Shown here one piece after another: positions 26,449 through 36,078 of a stretch of 52,854 nt of DNA; the first letter of the stretch is position 1, and every line of letters begins with the position of its first letter. The DNA comes from a virus (Duplodnaviria; Caudoviricetes). Made by a program: the position numbers and the translations under genes. A model generated the notes under the pieces. It was given only the letters and a program-made list of their open reading frames with translations, did not search any database and was not told where the DNA came from. The stretch covers positions 1 through 52,854 of the IMG/VR virus record IMGVR_UViG_3300030333_002333; one strand, given 5' to 3'.

Positions 26449-26700
26449 ATGAAAATCGTAACAATATCGTTATTTTGTATATTTTTTAGTGGATTTTTAG
26501 GGAATGGTACCCCTGTAAACCCCATTTTCCATGCTGGTGAGGTTACAGATACAATATTTGAGGAAATAGAGGACCAAGATAGTGTTGTTCATTGGTTTTT
26601 GGACCTACAAGAGGGTGATAAGTACTGTTGGTACCATATGGAGTATGAAAATCTTAAAATTATGCCGAAAAAACTTGACACAACTGCTTACAAGCCTTAG
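26449..26700 (+). CDS. Small secreted/membrane hypothetical protein
   Basis: 83 aa with signal-peptide-like N-terminus; no clear SD. Confidence 0.5.
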   Translation: MKIVTISLFCIFFSGFLGNGTPVNPIFHAGEVTDTIFEEIEDQDSVVHWFLDLQEGDKYCWYHMEYENLKIMPKKLDTTAYKP

Positions 26701-26703
26701 CTT
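26675..26703 (+). promoter_or_regulatory. Sigma70-type promoter candidate for the lysis/structural arm
   Basis: TTGACA (26675-26680) - 17 nt - TAGCTT (26698-26703), about 100 nt before the SD of 26807. Confidence 0.55.
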
Positions 26704-26806
26704 CGTGCCTAGTAGTTAGCTAAGATATAAGGATTTCAATATTAAGTAAAGCTTTTATTTTTCTTAGGTACCTAAGTAAGAAACCGAGACTGTAAGGAGG
26801 TCCCAA

Positions 26807-27130
26807 ATGACTAAAACTAAGGGCAAAAAGCCTACCAATAAAGACAGGGATAAGACCCTAGCCATGCATGACGCATATATCCGTGAAGTTGCTACTAAAT
26901 TCAACGGATTGTATAACCAAGTCCAGGATTTTTTCGCTGTATTCTCTATGTTTGTAGAGCTTATGGGAAAAGATAAGGAACTTGCTGAGTTTATAGAGAA
27001 AAGAGTAAAAGAGGCTAAGGATGCAGAAAAACCAAAAGTTAACATCTTGGATGAAAAGGGTGAAGTCGCACGAACTGTACCCGGTAACACACCGACTGTT
27101 ACTCCAGATAATAAAACTGTTGATAAATAG
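26807..27130 (+). CDS. Hypothetical protein
   Basis: 107 aa, AAGGAGG SD. Confidence 0.75.
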   Translation: MTKTKGKKPTNKDRDKTLAMHDAYIREVATKFNGLYNQVQDFFAVFSMFVELMGKDKELAEFIEKRVKEAKDAEKPKVNILDEKGEVARTVPGNTPTVTPDNKTVDK

Positions 27131-27202
27131 TGTGTATCTATTGTATCTTCAGGCAAAGCTCTTCGCATTAAGAGCATTTCACACAATTCAAAAGGAGGTC
27201 AT

Positions 27203-27685
27203 ATGTATAGTGAAGACTTTAACGAGATAATCGAACAGGTTATAGAATCGGAAGGTGGCTATGTTGACGACCCTACAGATAGGGGAGGAGAAACTAAGTA
27301 CGGAATAAGCAAGAAGGCTTATCCAAAAGAAGATATCAAGGCTTTAACCATTGATAGGGCTAAAGAGTTGTATTATCTACATTATTGGAAACCATCTAAG
27401 GCTTATCTCCTACCAGAGTACCTACGCCATGTATACTTTGATATGGTTGTCAATTTTGGCATTAGAGGTGCTGGTAGAGTGCTTCAAAAGGCTATTAATG
27501 GCAAATACAAAGCAGGATTGGTCATTGATGGAAAAGTGGGTCCAAAGACGCTCAGCAACATTAAAAAGCTGGAAGTCAATAGACTCAGAGCATACAGAGT
27601 ATTAAAATTCGCAGAGATAGTTGTGAATAAGCCTGAACAGGAGAAATTCTGGTATGGCTGGTACAGGAGGGCTCTACATGTTTAA
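27203..27685 (+). CDS. Endolysin, glycoside hydrolase family 108 with peptidoglycan-binding domain
   Basis: EGGYVDDPTDRGGETKYGIS; FDMVVNFG; IDGKVGPKT; FWYGWYRR. Confidence 0.92.
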   Translation: MYSEDFNEIIEQVIESEGGYVDDPTDRGGETKYGISKKAYPKEDIKALTIDRAKELYYLHYWKPSKAYLLPEYLRHVYFDMVVNFGIRGAGRVLQKAINGKYKAGLVIDGKVGPKTLSNIKKLEVNRLRAYRVLKFAEIVVNKPEQEKFWYGWYRRALHV

Positions 27686-27938
27686 CCCACCTAAAAAAGC
27701 AGATTGGACTCCTGTAAAGGGAACCAATGATAGAGTATTAGAACTAATATCACATCGTTTAGATGTAGGTCAGCGTAAATACAGGCAAGACATGCAACTA
27801 ACTGATGGTCGAGATATGATTAAAGAATCCTTGGAGGAGATATTAGATGCTTGTGTATATGTTGCTACTGAACTTATTAAGTTAAAGGACAGGGTCGACA
27901 AGTACGAAGCTAACGGAGCACTAGGAAAGGATTATTAA
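27678..27938 (+). CDS. Hypothetical protein, possibly MazG-like all-alpha NTP pyrophosphatase fold (start revised to 27678)
   Basis: AGGAGG SD; G.RKY...ESLEEILDACVY motif. Confidence 0.5.
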   Translation: MFNPPKKADWTPVKGTNDRVLELISHRLDVGQRKYRQDMQLTDGRDMIKESLEEILDACVYVATELIKLKDRVDKYEANGALGKDY

Positions 27939-28055
27939 ATGACTGAAATAATGTTATTCTTAATTCTCGCACTTGTTTTCTATAATAGTAAATTATGGGA
28001 ACAGGGTCAGTGGGAAAAAACAAACAATTGGTTTTATACCAAAAAGACTAAGTAA
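27939..28055 (+). CDS. 38-aa membrane peptide (not in ORF track)
   Basis: MTEIMLFLILALVFYNSKLWEQG...; abuts upstream stop, TAATG overlap downstream. Confidence 0.5.
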   Translation: MTEIMLFLILALVFYNSKLWEQGQWEKTNNWFYTKKTK

Positions 28056-28258
28056 TGCCTACCCCATTCCATTGTCATGGCTGTGATAAGCCTACAATGA
28101 ATAGGGATGGCTTATGTGACGACTGTGTTCGAGATAAGCATAAACCACAAGACGGGAAGAAAGTCTTATCCCGTGTATACTCTAAAGGAAGCAGAGGAAA
28201 AGGGAATACAATGCAAACATTGGAAAGACGCTCAAGAGGGAGAATACTGCGTTTCTGA
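28055..28258 (+). CDS. Possible small zinc-finger protein overlapping the next gene
   Basis: CHGC-x10-CDDC; TAATG-coupled start; 152-nt out-of-frame overlap with 28107. Confidence 0.4.
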   Translation: MPTPFHCHGCDKPTMNRDGLCDDCVRDKHKPQDGKKVLSRVYSKGSRGKGNTMQTLERRSRGRILRF

Positions 28259-28916
28259 TGATAACTATGTATCATTAGTATTAAAGAGAAAAAAGTATGA
28301 ATCTGATAGAAGTCAAGCCACATTGTATATCCGAACCCCTTATGGCTACATTATGCACAATCCGAAATACAAGACTCAGAAATTTTATGCTGAGGGCAGG
28401 TCTACCCCTTGGACCCTCTCTGGGAAACCAGCCCTTGAAGTACAGTCTCGTTCCGAAAGATGGAAAAACCTTGCCCTCGCATATGTTTCAACAAACTTTG
28501 ATGCAGACCTTGCTATTGATATGGTCATGGGTCAAACAACTCCCCAGCAAAGAAGACGCTGGAAACGAAGAATAAGAACAGAGGAGTTTAAGAAAGTGGT
28601 AAGAGAAGAATTAGATGTATTATTAAAAGACTCTGGTAAGGACCGTGAATATGTCATGGACTTGTTGGAGGAAGCTATACAGATGGCACGAGACAAAAAA
28701 GATGTTACAAATATGATGAGAGTTGTTGAAAAGCTTATGTCATTACATGGTATGGATGATAAGGATACAGTAAAGACAACTCGACAGATAGAGGGTGTAT
28801 CAACTAAAAAACTAATAGCCGATGTTCTGGAGGAGGAACAAAAGTTAAAACTCACAGAAACAACGGAAGGCAATGGAGAACTACGAGGAAAAGTATCAGA
28901 AACTTCAGGTTCTTAA
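28107..28916 (+). CDS. Putative terminase small subunit
   Basis: Directly upstream of and overlapping TerL; C-terminal helices (VMDLLEEAIQMARDKKDVTNMMRVVEKLMSLHG) typical of TerS. Confidence 0.6.
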   Translation: MAYVTTVFEISINHKTGRKSYPVYTLKEAEEKGIQCKHWKDAQEGEYCVSDDNYVSLVLKRKKYESDRSQATLYIRTPYGYIMHNPKYKTQKFYAEGRSTPWTLSGKPALEVQSRSERWKNLALAYVSTNFDADLAIDMVMGQTTPQQRRRWKRRIRTEEFKKVVREELDVLLKDSGKDREYVMDLLEEAIQMARDKKDVTNMMRVVEKLMSLHGMDDKDTVKTTRQIEGVSTKKLIADVLEEEQKLKLTETTEGNGELRGKVSETSGS

Positions 28917-30372
28917 AAAGTTTAGGGAAAATATTGGTCTTTTTGGGAAAGTGTGTTTTCCTACTGCTCTCAATAGGGATATACCACCATTCCATACTGA
29001 GCTTTATTCCCATCTTCGCAACGAGGAAAAACGGAGGCTACTTATCGCAGCTCCCCGTGGCACTGCTAAGTCTACTACTGTGTCTCTCATTTACCCCTTA
29101 TGGAAGGTCGCATTTAAACCCGAAGATGAAGACTTATTCATTGTCATTATATCAGAAAGCCAAAGCCAGTCTGTCAACTTTCTATCGAGGATAAAATACC
29201 ATCTTTCACACTCAAAGACATTCTCAGAAAACTTCGGAGACATGGGTCCCTCTACTGCTCGTAGGTGGACTAATAATGATATTATTCTTGCAAATGGTTC
29301 TCGTATCATTGCTGTGGGGACTGGTCAACGGGTTAGAGGATTCATTGAGGGTGATACAAGACCTAACCTTATTATTATTGACGACTTTGAATCTGAGTTA
29401 AATGCATTCACTCCAGAAGCTAGGGCTAAAAATCGTAAGTGGATAACTGAGGCTGTGATACCATCATTGTCAGATGATGGTAGAATAGCCATGATTGGGA
29501 CTGTAATCTCAGAAGATTGCTTCTTATGTTGGGCTAAGGAATCACCTGCTTGGGATGTATTATGGTATTCTATATGGGATGATGATGAGAATAGTTTATG
29601 GGAAGCAAGGTTTCCTAAAGAAAGAATACTCCAAATTAAAGATGAGTTTGCTAGTGTAGGTAATCTTAATGGATTTTATCAGGAGTATATGAATATAGCA
29701 CAATCTCCTGATGATGCTCCTTTTAAACCAGATTATATCCAAATACATCACTATGATTTTGAAATTAGGGATGGACAGTCTCTACTTGTTAAAAAATTGC
29801 CCGATGATAAAGAAGAGTTAAAACCAGTAGCAGTATACTCTGGAGTGGACCCAGCATCCTCATTATCTATGAAAGCTGACTTTTTTGTTATTGCAACGCT
29901 AGGTATAGATAATGATGGGAATGTTTATGTTATTAATATAGTAAGAACTAAGATAGACCCTAGTGACCAGCCAGATGCTATTATAAGACAATTTAAAAAA
30001 TACAAACCAAAGAGGATGAAGATTGAAACAGTTGCATATCAGGAAGCATTGAGAAGTGCTGTTAGGAAACAAATGCAAGAAGAAGGATTATATATCCCCG
30101 GACTAGAGAAAGGCGTTAAACCCAGAAATAGAAAATCAGAGCGATTACTTTCACTTGTACCACTTCTTGCTAAAAAACAGTTCTATTTCAGACCTCAAGA
30201 TATAGAAGCACAGTCTGAGTTCTTATCTTACCCCCGTGGTAAACATGATGATGTCATGGATGCAGTATGGACCGCATTAGAAGGTTCAAGACCTAGTAGA
30301 AGAAAGCATTTTACACCTGTCGATGAGTCAGGTAATTTTGGCAGAAAAGTACTTGACTGGATGACAATGTAA
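28873..30372 (+). CDS. terL: Terminase large subunit
   Basis: APRGTAKST Walker A, LIIIDDFE Walker B, GVDPA and HDDVMDA nuclease motifs. Confidence 0.95.
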   Translation: MENYEEKYQKLQVLKKFRENIGLFGKVCFPTALNRDIPPFHTELYSHLRNEEKRRLLIAAPRGTAKSTTVSLIYPLWKVAFKPEDEDLFIVIISESQSQSVNFLSRIKYHLSHSKTFSENFGDMGPSTARRWTNNDIILANGSRIIAVGTGQRVRGFIEGDTRPNLIIIDDFESELNAFTPEARAKNRKWITEAVIPSLSDDGRIAMIGTVISEDCFLCWAKESPAWDVLWYSIWDDDENSLWEARFPKERILQIKDEFASVGNLNGFYQEYMNIAQSPDDAPFKPDYIQIHHYDFEIRDGQSLLVKKLPDDKEELKPVAVYSGVDPASSLSMKADFFVIATLGIDNDGNVYVINIVRTKIDPSDQPDAIIRQFKKYKPKRMKIETVAYQEALRSAVRKQMQEEGLYIPGLEKGVKPRNRKSERLLSLVPLLAKKQFYFRPQDIEAQSEFLSYPRGKHDDVMDAVWTALEGSRPSRRKHFTPVDESGNFGRKVLDWMTM

Positions 30373-30397
30373 TAACTAATTTCAAAATGGATAACTT

Positions 30398-32551
30398 ATG
30401 GCTGAGAAAAGTACATCTAAGAAAAGTTTAGTAGAGGAAACCCAAGACCTCTTTACCGATTATTCCAATAATAGAGAAAAATGGGCTATTCAAGCCCAAG
30501 AAGATAGGGAATTTCGACTAGGACAGCAATGGACAAAAGAACAGGCTCGTACATTAAAAGAGCGTGGTCAAGCTCCAATTGTAGTAAATAGACTTCATCC
30601 AGCAGTAGAAATGGCAAAAGCATTACTAACTGCTAACAGACCCCAGTTTAGAGTATCACCCAGAGAAGATAGCGATAATCAAGTAGCTCAATTAATTAAT
30701 GGATTACTTGCTTATATGTGGGATATATCAGATGGTGTATCAACTCTTCGTGGAGTAGTAGATGATTACTATGTTTGTGGTATGGGCGTAATGATGGTTT
30801 ATCAAGACCCATTAAGGGATAATGGTAAGGGTGAAGTTGTTATTAGAGATGTGGACCCATTAGATGTTTATATAGACCCTAATTCTAGGGATAGATTCGC
30901 AGATGACGCTGAGAACATCATTATATCAAGGATGTTTACAAAGAAACAGGCTGAGAAACTCTATCCTATGTATGATTCGAAAATTAAAAATGCTACATCC
31001 GATAGGAGTTCTGATAGACCTTCTACTGGAAGAGAGCATGATGGAAAGGCAATATTCCCTGAAGATATTGAAACAATGACTGATTCTGCACTTGGTAAGT
31101 CAGATGAGTATGTAAGAGGTTATGAAAGATACTATAAGGAAATGGTATCCAGATATAGAATACATGAGTCTTTTACAGGTAGAGAAGCAGTAATGGATGA
31201 TGAGGAATTTCAAGCCTATATCCAGCAACCAGCTTGGTATATAGAGGGAAGACCTGTTATAAGACAGGATTTAGCTCAGCAAACTATTCAACAATTAATG
31301 CAAGCTCATGCACAAATGATAGAACAGGCTCAACAGGGTGGTGGCTCAACTGAAGGATTACCACCAGAACCTGAGATAGAACAGGTTACTGTAGAGCAAA
31401 TGATAAAAGATGAATTAATAAGGGTTGTAGAAATAAATGCTTGTAGAGTATGTCAAGTAGTAGTTATGGGTGACCAACTTCTTTATAAGAGGGTTTTACC
31501 TACCGATAAATATCCAGTAGTACCATTTATGAATATTCACACTAGGACACCTTATCCTATGTCTGATATTAGAATGTGTAAGGATATGCAAGAGTATATA
31601 AATAAGACTCGTTCTTTAATTATAGCTCATGCTACCACAAGCACAAATGTAAAGATTTTAGTTCCAGCAGGTTCAGTTGATATGAGAGAGTTTGAGTCTA
31701 AATGGTCTCAACCGGGAGTTGCAATCGAAGTAGATTTCGACCAAGGAGCACCTCAGCCAGTTCAGCCCCTTCCACTACCAAATGAACTATATCAGAATGA
31801 ACAGACTGCGAAATCAGATATTGACCACCAACTTGGTCTTTATGAGTTAATGATGGGGAATTCTCAAGCCGCCCCTCATACTTATAAAGCCACAGTATCT
31901 ATTGATGACTTTGGTCAGAGAAAGATAAAATCAAAGTTGATGGACATAGAAGCTGGTCTGAGTCGGGTGTGTGCTGTTGCAATCCCACTTATGCAACAAT
32001 TGTACCAAGAAGAAAAAGTTATCCGTCTGGTGCAACCCAACAATACGACCAGCGAATATTTAATTAACAAGAATTATTATGACGATTTTACTGATTCCAT
32101 ACAAAAGTTTAATGACATTGGAATAGGTAGTTATGATGCAGTAATTGTTACTGGGTCTACATTACCTACAAATCGTTATGCTCAACTCGAACTCTATATG
32201 GATGCTTATCGTAATGGATTGATAGACAAAGAAGAAGTTCTTAAGAAGACTGAAATCTTCGATGTCGAGGGCGTTCTTATGAGAACTGACACAATTGAAC
32301 AATTACAGTCTCAATTACAAGGTGCTCAAGAACAAATCAAGAAGTTACAAGGTGATATGCAATCTAGGGATAGAGAGAATGTTAATCTTAAACAAAGAGT
32401 TGAGGTTGAAAAATTTAAGGCAGACCTCGATAAGGTTTCTAACCGTGCACAAGCAGCAGGAACCATATATGAAAAACGCCTTGATGACGCTACTAGTGAA
32501 ATAGCATCTGAAATCAAAAGAGCGAAGAAAGATGCTGGCAATAAAAAATAG
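30398..32551 (+). CDS. Portal protein (P22-like)
   Basis: 717 aa after TerL; DREFRLGQQW, VNRLHP, DPLDVYIDP, YPVVPF motifs; C-terminal coiled-coil barrel. Confidence 0.9.
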   Translation: MAEKSTSKKSLVEETQDLFTDYSNNREKWAIQAQEDREFRLGQQWTKEQARTLKERGQAPIVVNRLHPAVEMAKALLTANRPQFRVSPREDSDNQVAQLINGLLAYMWDISDGVSTLRGVVDDYYVCGMGVMMVYQDPLRDNGKGEVVIRDVDPLDVYIDPNSRDRFADDAENIIISRMFTKKQAEKLYPMYDSKIKNATSDRSSDRPSTGREHDGKAIFPEDIETMTDSALGKSDEYVRGYERYYKEMVSRYRIHESFTGREAVMDDEEFQAYIQQPAWYIEGRPVIRQDLAQQTIQQLMQAHAQMIEQAQQGGGSTEGLPPEPEIEQVTVEQMIKDELIRVVEINACRVCQVVVMGDQLLYKRVLPTDKYPVVPFMNIHTRTPYPMSDIRMCKDMQEYINKTRSLIIAHATTSTNVKILVPAGSVDMREFESKWSQPGVAIEVDFDQGAPQPVQPLPLPNELYQNEQTAKSDIDHQLGLYELMMGNSQAAPHTYKATVSIDDFGQRKIKSKLMDIEAGLSRVCAVAIPLMQQLYQEEKVIRLVQPNNTTSEYLINKNYYDDFTDSIQKFNDIGIGSYDAVIVTGSTLPTNRYAQLELYMDAYRNGLIDKEEVLKKTEIFDVEGVLMRTDTIEQLQSQLQGAQEQIKKLQGDMQSRDRENVNLKQRVEVEKFKADLDKVSNRAQAAGTIYEKRLDDATSEIASEIKRAKKDAGNKK

Positions 32552-32593
32552 GATACCCCAGCACTAGATGGGCTCCGTATTGAGGAAATTGAT

Positions 32594-33520
32594 ATGTCTC
32601 AAGAAAATCAACAAGGTCAAGTAACGGACTTAGAAGATTCTCTGTTTACAGAGGAAGTAATTGACGAAGTGTTTAACCCCGTTGGTGGGAACGAACCAGA
32701 ACCTACGCCTAGTGCACCTGCACCAGTAGCAGAGGGTTCAGCCGTTCCTCAGGGAGAGGTTAGACTTGCTGACCCAACTAACAACGATGAAGTACGGTAT
32801 CAGTATTGGCAATCTGAAGCAGATAAAGCCAAAAACGAAAATGAGCAATTAAAGCAAACTGTGGCAATTCTACAGGATACTATTAAGGGCTCACCTACTG
32901 AAGTTCAGTCTCAACCAGAAATTGAGGACACTGAACCCGAACCTTTTCGTGACTCACCAGAGAAACCAACAAGACCCGTAAACTTTAACAGAGCTGAAGC
33001 CTATGACGACCCTAATTCTGCTTCTGCACAATATTTGGACCAAATGGACCAGTATCGTGATAGTATGGATGAATGGAATCGTGATAGAGTTGAATATGAA
33101 GCTGACTTACTAAGACAGGAAAGAGAATCCCTACAGGAAGCTCAACGAAGACAACAGGAAGCATATGAAGCTGAACAGCGTAATGCAGAACAGGTTAATC
33201 AGATTTCTCAACAATTAAAAAGCGAATACGGTGCCAATGATGCCGAAATAGCTGATTTTGTTGAAAAAATGAGTTCCCCTGAATCATTAAATGTTAATAA
33301 CTTATGGCGATTGTATCAAATGGACAAAGGACAGGTACCTGCTCAACAACCAGCACAGCCCTCTCCCCAATTCAATCAAGTTCAGAGAGCACAGTCAGTG
33401 CCTCAGCCTATGGGTGTTCAATCAAGTGCTAATATGGCACAGAACACCAAGAGTGCAGAGGATATAATCATGGATGATTTAATTACTGACTATAAAAGTA
33501 AAAATCCTTGGAATAGCTAA
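32594..33520 (+). CDS. Capsid scaffolding protein
   Basis: Acidic, coiled-coil, YQYWQSEADK motif; between portal and capsid. Confidence 0.75.
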   Translation: MSQENQQGQVTDLEDSLFTEEVIDEVFNPVGGNEPEPTPSAPAPVAEGSAVPQGEVRLADPTNNDEVRYQYWQSEADKAKNENEQLKQTVAILQDTIKGSPTEVQSQPEIEDTEPEPFRDSPEKPTRPVNFNRAEAYDDPNSASAQYLDQMDQYRDSMDEWNRDRVEYEADLLRQERESLQEAQRRQQEAYEAEQRNAEQVNQISQQLKSEYGANDAEIADFVEKMSSPESLNVNNLWRLYQMDKGQVPAQQPAQPSPQFNQVQRAQSVPQPMGVQSSANMAQNTKSAEDIIMDDLITDYKSKNPWNS

Positions 33521-33555
33521 GGGTAACTTGAACAAACAGACTTAAGGAGTCTAAA

Positions 33556-34971
33556 ATGGCTAATCAATATAGCATAAACGCTGGAGGCTCAATGCAATCT
33601 TCTTCTATCGATGATAGTAGACGGATGTATAACTTTGGCGAAAGAGTTGCTGAATTGGCTCCAGCTCAGTCTCCATTCTTTGTCTATCTCTCAAAAGTTG
33701 CTAAGAAATCCACGGACGACCCTGTATTCAAATTTTTGGAACAGCGTCATCAGTGGCAGAGAAGGAACTTTGAAGTAAAAACAACTAACGAAGTAGCGGC
33801 TGCTTATTCAAGTGGTTCGTTTGCTTATGGCTCAGGCGATAAGGTTGTCGTTGATTGTCTTTATGACAAGTATGGAAGAGCTGTGTCAACAGCAGTTCAA
33901 CCACTGTTCTTATTAGAAGACCAGTTGGTACAGATTGGATGTAAATATGCTTCTAACGGTAGTAGTTATGCTGCTGCAGAACATATTGCGACATTCAAGA
34001 TTGCAGCCGCACCGGATTTATCCACAGACGCTGCTGCAGCAGGACTCCAGCTTACTTTTGTTTCACTTTCTCTTCCGGGCACAGGTGCAGTTACACCTGC
34101 AGATGACTCGAAGATTAAGGTTGAAGCTGACCAAAAAGGTCAGGTAATCGGAAGTGCCTTCGCAGAAGGTGGAACCGACCCTGAAGGCTGGAAAGACGAA
34201 ATGTACGACCGTGAGGGTTATGTGCAGATTTTTAAAACAGCAATTCCTATGTTCTCAGGTACTGCAATGGCTACACGCTATCGTGGTAAGGCAGATGAGT
34301 ACAAGAGAGTTTGGCAGGAAAAGTTGATGGAACACAAGATGGATATCGAGCATGCAATGCTTTTTGGTATCGGTTCTGATGATTCCACAGCAACTGGTCC
34401 TGTAAGACGCTCTTGGGGTATCTTACCTTACACTGAGAGACATGGAAAGGTTAAATCTTTCACATACTCTGGTTCAGACTACGATGCTTTCTTAACAGCA
34501 ATGGAAGATGTTTTCGCCCCAGAATCTGGGAATAGTGGAAACAAACTTGTACTTGCTTCAAGGAAAGTTATCACTTGGCTGAACAAACTCGGTGCTGATT
34601 CATTCTTGGGTAACACAGTTGCACTAGGTCATACAGCAACTACCTCTGGTGGTTCTAATGGCTATGCACTTGATATTCAGAATGTCAAAGGTGCGTTTGG
34701 TCACAATGTATCTACTGTTAATACTATTTATGGTAATCTTCACTTTGTTGCAGAGCCTCTATTTAGAGGAATGTACGAGGATTACGCAGTTATGGTTGAT
34801 ATGAAGAATGTCAACTATCGCCCTCTCGCAGGAAATGGTATCAATCGTGATACTCACATTATTACCAATGTTCAGAATAACAATGTTGATGGAAGAAAAG
34901 ACATCATCTTGACCGAAGCCGGTCTTGAGATTCAACTTCCAGAAACTCACTGTATTCTGAAGTGGTCATAA
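33556..34971 (+). CDS. Major capsid protein (HK97 fold, SU10/DUF5309-like)
   Basis: 471 aa after scaffold, TAAGGAG SD; YVQIFK, EHKMDIEHAMLFG, ILTEAGLEI motifs; codon usage suggests high expression. Confidence 0.85.
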   Translation: MANQYSINAGGSMQSSSIDDSRRMYNFGERVAELAPAQSPFFVYLSKVAKKSTDDPVFKFLEQRHQWQRRNFEVKTTNEVAAAYSSGSFAYGSGDKVVVDCLYDKYGRAVSTAVQPLFLLEDQLVQIGCKYASNGSSYAAAEHIATFKIAAAPDLSTDAAAAGLQLTFVSLSLPGTGAVTPADDSKIKVEADQKGQVIGSAFAEGGTDPEGWKDEMYDREGYVQIFKTAIPMFSGTAMATRYRGKADEYKRVWQEKLMEHKMDIEHAMLFGIGSDDSTATGPVRRSWGILPYTERHGKVKSFTYSGSDYDAFLTAMEDVFAPESGNSGNKLVLASRKVITWLNKLGADSFLGNTVALGHTATTSGGSNGYALDIQNVKGAFGHNVSTVNTIYGNLHFVAEPLFRGMYEDYAVMVDMKNVNYRPLAGNGINRDTHIITNVQNNNVDGRKDIILTEAGLEIQLPETHCILKWS

Positions 34972-34984
34972 TAACTGACTTAAT

Positions 34985-35010
34985 CTAGGGGGCTTTCATT
35001 AGCCCCCTAG
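34985..35010 (+). terminator. Perfect 10-bp hairpin after the capsid gene (partial terminator or mRNA stabiliser)
   Basis: CTAGGGGGCT-ttcatt-AGCCCCCTAG; no U-tract follows. Confidence 0.6.
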
Positions 35011-35025
35011 GGACAGGAGATTACA

Positions 35026-35133
35026 ATGGCAAAAGACGAAAAAAAGAACGCCAAGAAAGTAAAAGTTCCAAAGGAGAAAGTTAAAAAAGCTCCAAAGGTA
35101 ACTCGTGGTGTTTATGATAAGAGGGGGAAATAG
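35026..35133 (+). CDS. 35-aa Lys-rich peptide (not in ORF track)
   Basis: AGGAG SD; MAKDEKKNAKKVKVPKEKVKKAPKVTRGVYDKRGK. Confidence 0.6.
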   Translation: MAKDEKKNAKKVKVPKEKVKKAPKVTRGVYDKRGK

Positions 35134-35264
35134 TGTCTAAGGGTATGGTTACTTCTAATACTGTTGGTGGTCCTTGGCAATCAGGCAAGGAAGAAACTAA
35201 TAACAATAGTAGAAGAGTCGTAACGAAGACACCTAACTCAAAAAGTAAGAAGAGAGGCAAATAA
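35133..35264 (+). CDS. 43-aa basic peptide, GTG start (not in ORF track)
   Basis: TAGTG and TAATG overlaps on the two sides; ends SKSKKRGK. Confidence 0.55.
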   Translation: MSKGMVTSNTVGGPWQSGKEETNNNSRRVVTKTPNSKSKKRGK

Positions 35265-36061
35265 TGTCAAGATTAGCAGCAATGATTAATCCTTGGAGTG
35301 CCGAAAATAAAGCTAGAAGAGCAGAACAGAAGCGAAGAGCAGAAGAGTTTGGTTGGTGGGGTGCTAAAGGTCCTGTTGAACAAGCTGAGATGGCTCAGGC
35401 TAACTATGAGAGAATGGCTCCTGAAGTTGGACCTCCTACTGCAGATGCTGAGAGATATAAAAATGTTGCTCAGACTACAGCAGAGGGAGTTCTAAGAGAA
35501 GGCTCTCAGGGTGGTACGATGGACCTAGGTGGATTAGCTAAAGGTTTCGACCCTTCTAATGCAGAGAGTGTAAGACAGATGCAAAGAATGTTAAACCAAG
35601 CTGGTTTTACAGGTGCAGATGGAAAACCTCTTGCTGAGGATGGAAGGTTTGGACCTCAATCACTAGCAGCACTTAGAAAAATGCAGGGTGGTCACAGAGA
35701 TGACAGAGCGACTCTTGGTGATTTAACTGCAGGTACTTCTGGACCAATTAGCAATGATTTGAATATCAATACTCGTGGTCAAGAAGAACTTTACAGCCGT
35801 GAAGGTCGTGGTCAGTCTACAGCTCCAGAAGCAGTAGGAACTGGTAACCCCATGGCTGGACCAGCATATCTGAAGCCACCTGAATTTTCACCAAATACAC
35901 AACAGCGTGAAGATGCAGTTGGTAGTGTCAGAAGTGGTGCAAAAGGTATAGATGACTATATCGAGAGTAAGGCTCCTTGGTTAGGAGATTCTAGTGCTTA
36001 TAGAGGTGCAAAAGAAGGAGTTAAGAAATTTTTTAATTGGGCAGGCGATGCCGATTATTAA
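35264..36061 (+). CDS. Putative virion protein with a peptidoglycan-binding (PG_binding_1-like) domain
   Basis: SVRQMQRMLNQAGF...LAEDGRFGPQSLAALRKMQ. Confidence 0.7.
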   Translation: MSRLAAMINPWSAENKARRAEQKRRAEEFGWWGAKGPVEQAEMAQANYERMAPEVGPPTADAERYKNVAQTTAEGVLREGSQGGTMDLGGLAKGFDPSNAESVRQMQRMLNQAGFTGADGKPLAEDGRFGPQSLAALRKMQGGHRDDRATLGDLTAGTSGPISNDLNINTRGQEELYSREGRGQSTAPEAVGTGNPMAGPAYLKPPEFSPNTQQREDAVGSVRSGAKGIDDYIESKAPWLGDSSAYRGAKEGVKKFFNWAGDADY

Positions 36062-36078
36062 ATTGGGATGTTAGTAGG

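Noticed and set aside
25777-26525. Minus-strand ORFs 25777..25980 and 26262..26525
   Set aside because: No SD, atypical composition; they overlie the structured element, which explains the sequence better
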